NCBI GenBank assembly: GCA_900557555.1
Contig: USTH01000001.1
Span: 1,887 to 65,886, forward strand
Direction: 5' to 3'
Source of the DNA: an uncultured Prevotellaceae bacterium
GTDB lineage: Bacteria > Bacteroidota > Bacteroidia > Bacteroidales > Bacteroidaceae
Length of the DNA stretch: 64,000 nucleotides
The notes below the pieces were generated by a model. That model did not search any database. It was not told the DNA's origin and saw only the letters and a program-made list of their open reading frames with translations. A program made the position numbers and the translations under genes. Below are positions 56,230-64,000 of this stretch, one piece after another (within the stretch, counting starts at the first letter, position 1; each line of letters starts with the position of its first letter).

Positions 56230-56640
56230 TTATTCAGATTCTGTCAGACACGCAATGATGTCGTGGCTGTTTGGCATCATATAGTCGCAAGCCTCGTCAA
56301 CGTAGGCATCTATCCACTCGTCAGAAGCGTTGTGCCGCTCTGCCGGAGCATCGCTGGCAAGGCGTTCGACTATTTCCTTTTCGCCAGCCAGCCTCTGCTG
56401 ATATTTATAAACCCACACACCGAAATATAGCCCTCCGAACATGGCCGCCATATATATGTACGGCTTGAGTTTTGCATATATCTCTGATTTCCAGAACGGC
56501 ACGGTATTCTTGCGCTCCACAGGGTCTACAGCCTCTGAAACACCCTGCATCATGCGTTGGGAGAGGTTCTCAAAATACCCGTCTGGTGTTTTGAACACCT
56601 GACGTCCGTCTGTCGGCTTATTTAAATCTGGTATCTTCAT
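56230..56640 (-). CDS. Putative anti-sigma factor (single-pass membrane protein)
   Basis: 136 aa with one central TM segment (PYIYMAAMFGGLYFGVWVY), immediately downstream of the ECF sigma gene. The call rests on position. Confidence 0.45.
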   Translation of the reverse strand: MKIPDLNKPTDGRQVFKTPDGYFENLSQRMMQGVSEAVDPVERKNTVPFWKSEIYAKLKPYIYMAAMFGGLYFGVWVYKYQQRLAGEKEIVERLASDAPAERHNASDEWIDAYVDEACDYMMPNSHDIIACLTESE

Positions 56641-56685
56641 ATCATTTCCTACTCATCATGTTAGACTCCAGCGTCACGCGATGGT

Positions 56686-57234
56686 TTAATCTGCTCCTTC
56701 AAAAAAATCCTCAATTTTTTTCACTGCAATATGGTAGGAAGCTTTCAATGCCCCCACTGACGTGTTGAGCACCTCTGACATATCTTCATACTTCATATTG
56801 TCATAATACCTCAAGGCAAAGACCTGCCGCTGCTTGGGGGGCAAGGTCTGAATGGCTCTTTGCAGATTCTTTTGTATTTCATCACCGTCAAAATACGCAT
56901 CACTCTCAAACATGTTCTCGAGGTTTGCGTCTACGCTATCCAGACTTACAGTCTCCGCACGATGGCGCAGAAAGGCGAGGCTTTCGTTGGCGGCAATACG
57001 GTAGAGCCATGTAGAGAGCATAGAGTCTCCCCTAAAGGTGTCAATTGCATTCCAAGCCTTGATAAATGTGTTTTGCAACACATCATCGGCATCATCATGA
57101 AATGTCACCACACAACGTATCTGCCAGTAGAGACGCGAACTGTATTTGCCAACCATCTGCTCAAATGCCTTGCTCTTCTCCGCAGGGTTTCCGAGCATTG
57201 CTATAAGCTGTCTGTCGCTTGGGTATTGCGCCAT
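56686..57234 (-). CDS. ECF-type RNA polymerase sigma-70 family factor
   Basis: Start is set at MAQYPSDRQL (182 aa). Region 2 (DADDVLQNTFIKAW...F.G.S.LSTWLYRIA.N) and region 4 (LPPKQRQVFALRYYD.MKYEDMSEVLNTSVGALKASYH.A) are present. Confidence 0.85.
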   Translation of the reverse strand: MAQYPSDRQLIAMLGNPAEKSKAFEQMVGKYSSRLYWQIRCVVTFHDDADDVLQNTFIKAWNAIDTFRGDSMLSTWLYRIAANESLAFLRHRAETVSLDSVDANLENMFESDAYFDGDEIQKNLQRAIQTLPPKQRQVFALRYYDNMKYEDMSEVLNTSVGALKASYHIAVKKIEDFFEGAD

Positions 57235-57399
57235 CTGTGACCTCCTGTTAATCTTATCATACGATTGTGAAGCTGTCCGTTTCAACCAAAACACATCGGG
57301 GTGACAGGCTTCCTCTATAAAAAACACAAAGCAACCAGCCCTAAGTTGCCTGATTGCTCCGTCTCCTGTCAGTGTCTGCACCAGTTGTCAATACGCTCG

Positions 57400-57720
57400 T
57401 CACGATATTGTAAGCTTGCGCACAAACTTACCGACCTTCACCACATAGACTCCCTTAGCAAGTCCTGTAGATATCAGTTGGTCGTCATTCTCTATGACAT
57501 GGGTTGCGGCCTGAGTGCCTGTGACATAGTAAATCTTCAGCGTCATTCTGGCAGCCCCCGTCACGCGCAGAGTACCGCCATTTGCAGAAACATTAATCTC
57601 CTGTGGCTCAGAAGCCGAGAGAGTCGTCTGCGTTGGCTCTGTCTGTGAAGCTATTGCCGAAACTGCCGGAAAAGCCATCAACATGCCTGCTGCCAATATG
57701 TACACTGCTATGCGGTTCAC
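57400..57720 (-). CDS. Minimal T9SS cargo: signal peptide + short linker + C-terminal sorting domain only
   Basis: 106 aa. A signal peptide (..AFPAVSAIA) is followed by ~25 linker residues and then sorting-domain-like sequence (LRVTG...LKIYYVTG.......GLAKGVYVVKVGKFVRKLTIS). Confidence 0.6.
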   Translation of the reverse strand: MNRIAVYILAAGMLMAFPAVSAIASQTEPTQTTLSASEPQEINVSANGGTLRVTGAARMTLKIYYVTGTQAATHVIENDDQLISTGLAKGVYVVKVGKFVRKLTIS

Positions 57721-57750
57721 TGTTTGTTAAAGTGTTTGTTGTTTCGTATG

Positions 57751-57758
57751 CAAAAATA
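57751..57758 (-). promoter_or_regulatory. Bacteroidetes-type -7 promoter box (TATTTTTG on the minus strand)
   Basis: TAnnTTTG match ~31 nt upstream of ATG 57720. Confidence 0.35.
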
Positions 57759-57888
57759 AGAACCTTTTTCTATAATACCAAATTTTGCGATTATTTTTTT
57801 TGTATTTTTATGGACGAAAAACCTTTTTTTGCTTTTCTTCACTTCAAAGCTCTCACTTTTTTTTCATAACAATCACGGGAGCAGAAGG

Positions 57889-58902
57889 CTAAGAACGGCC
57901 AGACTTCTTACCGCCATAACGCCTACCCACCTTCATCAACGCCAGGCCTACCACAATCCATATCAATTCACGGGCTCTCGTTATCAGCCCTACATAGACA
58001 CCGAATGCCCCACTCAGCGACAAAGCACTCACTGAAATGGCAAAACCACCCTCACGGGCACCCAGCTGCATGGGAGAGAAGAAAAACAGATTGCCAAACA
58101 GCGAGGTGAAAGCCATTATCAACACACAGTCAAAGAAGTTGATGTCGCTTGTCAATATGCGCAGAATGAAATATATCTCCAACGATGTAAGCACCCTTGC
58201 AACAAACTCAAGAAAGAAAGAAGCATAGAATGTTGCCTCATGCCGAGAGTGGAGTTCGGCTATCTGGCGGTCTACGTTCACAAGATAATCTTTCTTGCCG
58301 TCATGTAGTCTTTTGAAATATTTGCCTACAAAAGGGATGCCCGACAGCCATCGCAACACCCTGACAATCATGCCGTGCTTGTAGCCCTTCATAAAGAAAA
58401 ATATCGCCACCAGGCAAAACGCCGACACAGCACACAAGAAAAACCACACCGGCAAGCTCGGCATATACATTATAATATATAGCACCACCGATAACAACCA
58501 GAAACAGACATGACTGAAAATGTGCATCATCACATAGAGTATCACACTGCTTGTTGCCCGCTCGCTACCTACCAGAGGGCTGAGTTCCATTATACGATAA
58601 GGCTCACCGCCCATCAATCCGCACGGCGTGGCATAATTCAGAGCAAAACCCGAAATAGTCAGTTTGTAGACCTTGCCAAAACCCACGGGGGTACGTTTTC
58701 CTCCGCTGCGTATTATGAGATACCAGCTTGCGGCGTTCAACAGATAGATAAGTACCCACACACCCACCACGAGCGGGAACCACCCACCTGCCCTGCGGAT
58801 ATGCGCCCACAGCTCCATGTAGTCCATGTCAAACGTCAACAACATCACGACTACAGCCGCAACGCCAAGAAAGAAAAACACATTGTTCCAAAACCTGCTC
58901 AT
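57889..58902 (-). CDS. Flippase-like / lysylphosphatidylglycerol-synthase TM-region family (UPF0104) membrane protein
   Basis: Start is set at MSRFWNNVFFFLGV (337 aa). The protein is polytopic and carries the motif GGEPYRI. The 40-codon upstream extension of the ORF runs into a MITE-like element and is not credible. Confidence 0.55.
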   Translation of the reverse strand: MSRFWNNVFFFLGVAAVVVMLLTFDMDYMELWAHIRRAGGWFPLVVGVWVLIYLLNAASWYLIIRSGGKRTPVGFGKVYKLTISGFALNYATPCGLMGGEPYRIMELSPLVGSERATSSVILYVMMHIFSHVCFWLLSVVLYIIMYMPSLPVWFFLCAVSAFCLVAIFFFMKGYKHGMIVRVLRWLSGIPFVGKYFKRLHDGKKDYLVNVDRQIAELHSRHEATFYASFFLEFVARVLTSLEIYFILRILTSDINFFDCVLIMAFTSLFGNLFFFSPMQLGAREGGFAISVSALSLSGAFGVYVGLITRARELIWIVVGLALMKVGRRYGGKKSGRS

Positions 58903-58920
58903 AAGCACTATTCCTTTTAT

Positions 58921-59100
58921 CCCAAATCGGTCATTAGGGCTTGCTTGTATCTTGTTTTTCAGAAGAGTAGATTTTGTTTGGCTTTTAATGAGTAATAGCG
59001 AGCTATTGCGAATTAAAAACAAGCAAAAGGCACCTTATAAAACAAGAGACTGCAAGCTGTTCCAAAATATCACATTCAACGGCCTAATGACCGTTTTGGG
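58921..59100. mobile_element. MITE-like non-autonomous element, full-length copy (~180 bp), inverted relative to the 10150 copy
   Basis: TIRs are cccaaatcggtcattagggc (58921) and ggcctaatgaccgttttggg (59081-59100). The reverse complement of the interior aligns with the 10150-10332 interior (ttttataagg...aatagc.cgctattactca...). It fills nearly the whole rnz to UPF0104 gap. Confidence 0.7.
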
Positions 59101-59104
59101 TTTA

Positions 59105-60019
59105 TCAGACCTTGACAACCAGCCCCTCCTGGGCGGCGATGGTGTCAGGAAAAACCTTACGCGCCTGTTCTACCAACACCGCCACGTCGTCCACCGTGGC
59201 CGAATAGTGGCCTATCATCAACCTTTTCACACCTGCCAGTCTGGCAATCTCCGCAGCCTGACCCGCCGTAGAGTGACAGCGCAAACGTGCTTTTATCTCC
59301 GCACCGTCAGGATAGGTCGCTTCATGATAAAGGAGGTCCACCCCCTTGACCAACGATGCCAACGATGGCATAAACGAAGTGTCGGAACAATAGGCATAGG
59401 AACGGGGCGGAACTGCCGGCGTAACAAGCCGACCATTGGGGACTATTGTGCCGTCTTCGCAGACCCAGTCCTTACCCGCCTTTATTCCGGGCAGATAACA
59501 TACGGGAATATTGTAGAAGTCTGTCATCTCCCTGTTGATATGGGGCAACGAGGGTTTCTCCCTGAACAGGAAACCGCAACACGGCATGCTGTGTCTGAGA
59601 GGCAGAGTCCACACTTCCATGGTGCGATCTTCGTAGACCATGGCATTCACAGTGGTATCAATGGCATGAAACACCACTTCAAACTCAAGTTTATGGCAAA
59701 ACAGCTCCATCTGCGCATTGAGCACATTTTGCAAACCGGCAGGGGCATACACGTGGAAAGCCTTGGTGCGCCCGAGCAGTCCGAAGGTGGAGATGAGTCC
59801 CACCAGCCCAAGGCAATGGTCGCCGTGCAGATGAGAAACAAACACATTGCGCAGCGCCATGAACTTGATTTTTCTCAACCTCATCTGCAACTGCGTACCC
59901 TCACCGCAGTCCACGAGCGACAACTTGTCGCGCATGTTGACAACTTGGGCAGAGGGGTTGTGCCTCAATGTCGGAGTGGCGCTACCACAGCCCAATATTG
60001 TCACCTCAAACTTCTCCAT
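59105..60019 (-). CDS. rnz: Ribonuclease Z
   Basis: Start is set at MEKFEVTILGCGSATPT (304 aa). The metallo-beta-lactamase motif SHLHGDH is present, and the C-terminus reads ..LMIGHYS. Confidence 0.85.
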   Translation of the reverse strand: MEKFEVTILGCGSATPTLRHNPSAQVVNMRDKLSLVDCGEGTQLQMRLRKIKFMALRNVFVSHLHGDHCLGLVGLISTFGLLGRTKAFHVYAPAGLQNVLNAQMELFCHKLEFEVVFHAIDTTVNAMVYEDRTMEVWTLPLRHSMPCCGFLFREKPSLPHINREMTDFYNIPVCYLPGIKAGKDWVCEDGTIVPNGRLVTPAVPPRSYAYCSDTSFMPSLASLVKGVDLLYHEATYPDGAEIKARLRCHSTAGQAAEIARLAGVKRLMIGHYSATVDDVAVLVEQARKVFPDTIAAQEGLVVKV

Positions 60020-60122
60020 ACTTATATATATTACTTTTCTCTTGCGATCCGCCAAGGGAGCAGAAAGTGCCATTTACCCTTGCCCGCATTGCCGACCAAA
60101 ACTAAACCTTGACAAGCAAAGA

Positions 60123-60154
60123 GGTGGGGAGGGATTTCACGTTCCCTCCCCACC
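60123..60154 (-). terminator. Terminator hairpin downstream of rpsA
   Basis: 12-bp perfect GC-rich stem ggtggggaggga / tccctccccacc with an 8-nt loop, ~50 nt after the rpsA stop. On the minus strand it is followed by tctttgctt. Confidence 0.55.
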
Positions 60155-60204
60155 CGGAATTGGATTATATCAGAATCCCTGTCTGCCTGCGAGGCAGTCT
60201 GGAA

Positions 60205-61989
60205 TTACTCTGCGCTGCTTTGTTCAGCAAGTTTTGCCTTGAGTTCTGCAAGAGCGTCATTGTCGGCAAGCGAAGTGGCAGCTGCCTGATTCTGTATTTC
60301 AGGAGTGTCGTTGCCTGACTTGCGCGGAGCTGAAGCCTTGCGCTGTTCGGCGCGCTGCTCATCTTCAAACACACGGCTGTGTGAGAGGATGATTCTGCGG
60401 GTTACCTTGTTGAATTCAAGAACCTTGAATGGGAGCTTCTCGTTGAGCTGCGCCTTGGTTTTGTCTTCCTTGATGAGGTGCTTTGGAGTAGCGAAACCAT
60501 CAATGCCATATTCAAGCTGAATTACATCACCATTGTCGTGCTCTTCAATGATAGTACCCTCATGGATTGAGCCTACAGTAAACACTGTTTCAAATACATC
60601 CCAAGGATTTTCCTCACACTGCTTGTGACCGAGGCTGAGACGACGGCTTTCCTTGTCGATTTCAAGAACCACAACATCGATGTCGGCACCAATCTGGGTA
60701 ACCTCCGACGGATGCTTAACCTTCTTTGTCCAAGAGAGGTCTGAAATGTGGATAAGACCATCTACGCCCTCCTCAAGTTCTACAAATACGCCGAAGTTGG
60801 TGAAGTTGCGCACCTTGGCAACATGCTTGCTGCCAACAGGATAATTCTCCTCGATATTCTGCCATGGATCCGGCTTGAGCTGCTTGATGCCGAGCGACAT
60901 CTTGCGCTCTGTGCGGTCGAGTGTAAGTATTACGGCCTCAACCTCGTCGCCCACCTTCATGAAGTCTTGTGCAGAGCGGAGATGCAGACTCCAGCTCATC
61001 TCGCTCACGTGGATAAGACCCTCCACACTTGGAGCAACTTCTACAAATGCGCCGTAGTCGGTCATAACGACAACCTTACCCTTAATCTTGTCGCCAACCT
61101 TGAGGTTAGGATCAAGAGCATCCCATGGATGAGGAGTAAGTTGCTTCAAGCCAAGAGCAATTCTCTGCTTCTCCTGATCAAATTCAAGGATAACAACGTT
61201 AATCTTCTGGTCGAGCTGAACGATGTCCTTAGGATCGCTCACGCGGCCCCAAGAGAGGTCTGTGATGTGGATGAGTCCGTCAACACCACCGAGGTCAACA
61301 AACACACCGTAAGAGGTGATGTTCTTAACTGTACCCTCAAGCACCTGACCCTTTTCGAGCTTAGAGATAATCTCCTTCTTCTGTGCTTCAAGCTCAGCCT
61401 CAACAAGAGCCTTGTGGCTGACAACGACATTCTTGTATTCCTGATTGATTTTGATAACAAGGAATTCCATTGTCTTTTCAACGAATACATCGTAATCACG
61501 AATTGGCTTCACGTCAATCTGGCTGCCCGGGAGGAATGCCTCAATGCCGAATACATCGACAATCATGCCGCCCTTGGTACGAGCCTTAACAAAGCCCTTG
61601 ACGATTTCCTTGTTCTCAAAAGCCTGATTGACACGATCCCATCCTTGTTTTGCACGAGCCTTCTTGTGAGAAAGAATGAGCTGACCTTTCTTATCTTCTT
61701 CCTTTTCGATATAAACCTCTACCTTGTCGCCAGGCTTGAGGTCTGGATTGTAACGGAATTCATTTGCAGAAATGACACCGTCTGACTTGTAGCCTATATC
61801 AACGAGCACCTCGCGCTTGTTGACAGAGATTACGGTTCCTTCAACCACCTCGTGGTTGTTGACCTGGCTAAGGGTCTTGCCGTAGGCTTCTTCAATCTCT
61901 TGCTTTTCTGTGTCTGCCACTGAAGCACCTTCTTCATAAGAGTCCCAGTTAAAGTCCTCTATTGGCATTACATCTTTTAAATTGTTCAT
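60205..61989 (-). CDS. rpsA: 30S ribosomal protein S1
   Basis: 594 aa with six S1-domain repeats (G.V..I...G.FV.L..GV.GL.H.S..SW). Confidence 0.9.
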   Translation of the reverse strand: MNNLKDVMPIEDFNWDSYEEGASVADTEKQEIEEAYGKTLSQVNNHEVVEGTVISVNKREVLVDIGYKSDGVISANEFRYNPDLKPGDKVEVYIEKEEDKKGQLILSHKKARAKQGWDRVNQAFENKEIVKGFVKARTKGGMIVDVFGIEAFLPGSQIDVKPIRDYDVFVEKTMEFLVIKINQEYKNVVVSHKALVEAELEAQKKEIISKLEKGQVLEGTVKNITSYGVFVDLGGVDGLIHITDLSWGRVSDPKDIVQLDQKINVVILEFDQEKQRIALGLKQLTPHPWDALDPNLKVGDKIKGKVVVMTDYGAFVEVAPSVEGLIHVSEMSWSLHLRSAQDFMKVGDEVEAVILTLDRTERKMSLGIKQLKPDPWQNIEENYPVGSKHVAKVRNFTNFGVFVELEEGVDGLIHISDLSWTKKVKHPSEVTQIGADIDVVVLEIDKESRRLSLGHKQCEENPWDVFETVFTVGSIHEGTIIEEHDNGDVIQLEYGIDGFATPKHLIKEDKTKAQLNEKLPFKVLEFNKVTRRIILSHSRVFEDEQRAEQRKASAPRKSGNDTPEIQNQAAATSLADNDALAELKAKLAEQSSAE

Positions 61990-62253
61990 TAAAAAATAGT
62001 TAAAAAATAAATAAATTAGACTTTATGTTGATTATTGTGCAAAAATCGCTTGCAAAGTTAAGCAAATAATCTCACAATCCACGCTTTACGTAAAGTTTTT
62101 TGCTCATCAGCGATAAAAAACACTTATACAAACACTTCATTTACACCTTATTTTATAATAACAGATATGTTCACACCTCAAACCGAGCAGACACGCAACA
62201 CCTCCGCACTGCCCACAACACAAAGGGCGGCAAACACAAACACAACTGTCGCC

Positions 62254-62341
62254 TTTCGGCCGAAACGTTTCTGCATTTCGGCCGAAGTGGTGAAGCGTTT
62301 CGGCCGAAACGCCATCACGCACCGGCCGAAAGAGAACGTTT
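62254..62341. repeat. Palindrome array B: 4 x TTTCGGCCGAAA-type cores at an exact 22-bp period
   Basis: Cores start at 62254 (tttcggccgaaa), 62276 (tttcggccgaag), 62298 (tttcggccgaaa) and 62320 (caccggccgaaa). The 10-bp spacers are variable. The array lies in the 540-bp divergent rpsA/purT intergenic region. Confidence 0.85.
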
Positions 62342-62422
62342 TGCACGTTCTTTGCGGTGGGGTGATAGTGTTTTTGCTTTCAATAAAACCGAAAACATCT
62401 TTGTTATGATGATGGTTTTATC

Positions 62423-62430
62423 TACCTTTG
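62423..62430 (+). promoter_or_regulatory. Bacteroidetes-type -7 promoter box (TACCTTTG)
   Basis: TAnnTTTG match 99 nt upstream of the purT ATG. This would leave a GC-rich structured leader. Confidence 0.3.
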
Positions 62431-62528
62431 CAAAGGATAGGGCGCCCCGGGCAACCGGAAGTTGCTTTCTTCATGACTGCGCCTGCGCACCTGCCAGTCA
62501 TCCGTAAAAACAGACTAACACTAATAAA

Positions 62529-63692
62529 ATGAAAAAGATTCTTCTTTTAGGCTCAGGTGAGCTGGGCAAGGAATTTGTTATTGCCGCCCAGCGGTTAGGC
62601 CAACACGTTATTGCCTGCGACAGCTACGCCGGCGCACCGGCCATGCAGGTGGCCGATGAATGCGAGGTATTCTCCATGCTCGACGGTGAGGCGCTCGAAA
62701 CCGTCGTACGCAAGCATAAGCCCGACATCATCGTGCCCGAAATCGAAGCCATACGCACTGAAAAGCTCTACGACTTTGAGAAAGAAGGCATACAGGTGAC
62801 CCCCTCTGCACGTGCGGTCAACTTTACCATGAACCGCAAGGCCATACGCGACCTTGCCGCCAAAGACCTCGGACTTAAGACGGCCCACTACTACTACGCC
62901 AAGACCTTTGAGGAACTCAAGGCCGGAGCAGACAAAGTGGGATTTCCCTGCATCGTAAAACCGCTGATGTCATCGTCAGGCAAGGGCCAGAGCCTTGTCA
63001 GGGGCAACGATGACCTACAGCATGCGTGGGAATACGGCATGAGCGGCAGCCGCGGCGATGTCAAGGAGCTCATCATTGAGGAATTCATCGACTTTGACTA
63101 TGAAATAACACTCCTCACCGTGACACAGAAGAACGGCCCCACCCTCTTCTGCGCCCCAATCGGACACGTGCAGAAAGGCGGTGACTACCGCGAAAGCTTC
63201 CAACCCATAGCGATGAAAGAGGAACACCTCAAGGAGGCGCAACGCATGGCTGCCGCCGTGACGGAGGCTCTCACAGGTGCCGGCATCTGGGGTGTGGAAT
63301 TCTTCATCAGCAACAAAGGCGGTGTATACTTCAGCGAACTCTCTCCACGCCCTCACGACACCGGCATGGTGACGCTTGCCGGCACACAGAACTTCAACGA
63401 GTTTGAACTTCACTGCCGCGCCGTGCTCGGCCTGCCCATCCCATGCATCAAACAACTGCGCATAGGTGCCAGTGCGGTCATACTGTCTGGCATTGCCAGT
63501 CAGAACCAGCCAGAATATACCGGCCTGGAAAAGACCTGCGAGGAGGATGCCGACATACGCATCTTCGGCAAGCCCACCACACGCCTCAACAGGCGAATGG
63601 GCGTGGTGGTGTGCAACGGACCGCTCGACGGCAACCTCAACGCCCTGCGTGAAAAGGCCAAGAGACTGGCATCATACGTTGAAGTGAAATAA
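62529..63692 (+). CDS. purT: Formate-dependent phosphoribosylglycinamide formyltransferase
   Basis: 387-aa ATP-grasp protein. The N-terminus reads [19 protein letters not shown], and blocks such as E.F..FD.EIT.L.V and SPRPHDTGM are present. Confidence 0.85.
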   Translation: MKKILLLGSGELGKEFVIAAQRLGQHVIACDSYAGAPAMQVADECEVFSMLDGEALETVVRKHKPDIIVPEIEAIRTEKLYDFEKEGIQVTPSARAVNFTMNRKAIRDLAAKDLGLKTAHYYYAKTFEELKAGADKVGFPCIVKPLMSSSGKGQSLVRGNDDLQHAWEYGMSGSRGDVKELIIEEFIDFDYEITLLTVTQKNGPTLFCAPIGHVQKGGDYRESFQPIAMKEEHLKEAQRMAAAVTEALTGAGIWGVEFFISNKGGVYFSELSPRPHDTGMVTLAGTQNFNEFELHCRAVLGLPIPCIKQLRIGASAVILSGIASQNQPEYTGLEKTCEEDADIRIFGKPTTRLNRRMGVVVCNGPLDGNLNALREKAKRLASYVEVK

Positions 63693-63715
63693 TCCCTTAC
63701 TATTCTTTTATAAAA

Positions 63716-63735
63716 CCCAACTCGGCCATTAGGCT
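63716..63735. repeat. Degenerate solo TIR of the MITE-like family
   Basis: cccaactcggccattaggct compared with the consensus cccaaatcggtcattaggtc. It lies 24 nt after the purT stop. Confidence 0.4.
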
Positions 63736-63760
63736 ATCAAGCAATGACCATAAAGATGAC

Positions 63761-64000
63761 ATGACATTTGAAGAGGATATTGACAAATACGAAGCCTTGA
63801 GGCAGAAGTATCAGGCACAAATCATAGAGCACATGGACAATGGAGAATATATCCGCTACAATGAGATATTATTCTCAACACATTCATGTGCTATAGAAGG
63901 CAACTCCTTTTCAGTGGATGACACACGCGAATTAAAAGAAAAAGGACTGGGTATGATTCCTGCCGGGAAAACCCTTTTTGAGGCTTTTGAGATGCTCGAC
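63761..64000 (+). CDS. Fic/DOC-family protein, 5' partial (runs off the window)
   Basis: Hand-translated open frame from ATG 63761: MTFEEDIDKYEALRQKY...NEILFSTHSCAIEGNSFSVDDTRELKEKG... The S.AIEGN(T/S) block followed by an acidic/helical segment is typical of the N-terminal region of Fic-family proteins. The Fic motif itself would lie beyond the window. Confidence 0.5.
   Translation, partial: MTFEEDIDKYEALRQKYQAQIIEHMDNGEYIRYNEILFSTHSCAIEGNSFSVDDTRELKEKGLGMIPAGKTLFEAFEMLD

Noticed and set aside
58826-60112. 428-aa ORF on the + strand, with other long antisense ORFs at 60748-61785 (+), 52472-53410 (+), 50034-50741 (+), 41056-41850 (-), 4953-6203 (-) and 30634-31257 (-).
   Set aside because: Each lies entirely antisense to a gene with strong family motifs (rnz, rpsA, valS, mazG, GH31, nuoL, ADH). 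Their translations are Arg/His/Cys-rich, low-complexity and carry no recognisable motifs. They look like shadow ORFs.
62100-62507. 135-aa (+), 80-aa (+) and 69-aa (-) ORFs in the rpsA/purT intergenic region.
   Set aside because: They overlap one another in three frames across the C/A-rich tract and palindrome array B. The repeat-derived peptides have non-protein-like composition.
62431-62528. Possible ZTP (pfl-motif) or other purine/folate riboswitch in the GC-rich purT leader.
   Set aside because: There is a 7-bp hairpin (atgactg...cagtcat) and a string gcgcctgcgca that vaguely resembles the ZTP 3' CCGCCUGGGCA element. The conserved 5' sub-domain (GGGUCGUGACUGGCG-type) is not present. Rfam cmscan would settle it.
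1-64000. Prophage, ICE, IS element, tRNA or rRNA genes.
   Set aside because: No integrase, transposase, phage structural or conjugation motifs were seen in any substantial ORF. No cloverleaf-like or rRNA-like sequence was noticed in the intergenic regions. tRNAscan and Infernal were not run.

Overview
The window looks like chromosomal DNA from a Bacteroidales (Bacteroidota) bacterium. Supporting signs are TAnnTTTG -7 promoter boxes upstream of many genes, T9SS C-terminal sorting domains, the uppS-bamA-ompH-ompH synteny, and an NDH-1 operon without nuoEFG. About 50 genes are well supported.

Core content:
- 1-9301: nuoB (3' end), then nuoCD-H-I-J-K-L-M-N.
- 18965-25006: LPS-core genes (GT9 heptosyltransferase-like, LpxL-like acyltransferase), a tricorn-type S41 protease and an EEP-family protein.
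- 25481-32662: an L-threonine-dehydrogenase-like epimerase, O-acetylhomoserine sulfhydrylase, a Zn-dependent alcohol dehydrogenase and a LysO pair.
- 32817-39440: a BNR lipoprotein, a DUF6089-like outer membrane protein, uppS, bamA and two ompH genes.
- 39872-63692: apt, two GH31 enzymes, mazG, valS, an ECF sigma operon, rnz, rpsA and purT.
- 63761-64000: a 5'-partial Fic-like gene at the window edge.

Four observations deserve a second look:
1. An AT-rich accessory locus at about 10.3-18.8 kb on the minus strand is the best candidate for an undescribed system. It encodes a BspA-type LRR surface protein with a T9SS sorting domain. This is followed by a duplicated two-gene cassette of a Gly-rich small protein without a signal peptide plus a tandem-domain lipoprotein. 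The two cassette copies are separated by a glycosyltransferase fused to a LanC-like repeat domain. The copies share a ~470-bp, ~97% identical 3' segment 3.9 kb apart. The distal lipoprotein copy carries an in-frame TAA.
2. A MITE-like repeat family with the terminal inverted repeat CCCAAATCGGTCATTAGGTCG occurs at least 8 times, in full (~180 bp), internally deleted and solo forms. Every copy is intergenic.
3. Two arrays each hold four copies of the 12-bp palindrome TTTCGGCCGAAA (consensus; some copies degenerate) at an exact 22-bp period. A third locus carries a split-palindrome relative.
4. Among cell-surface genes, a GH31 enzyme carries both a dockerin and a cohesin-like module. A GT2::hexapeptide-acetyltransferase fusion sits next to it. 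A T9SS protein that is almost only a sorting domain lies beside an ECF sigma/anti-sigma operon.

No rRNA, tRNA, CRISPR array, transposase or integrase was recognised. All homology calls come from reading motifs by eye; no database search was run.
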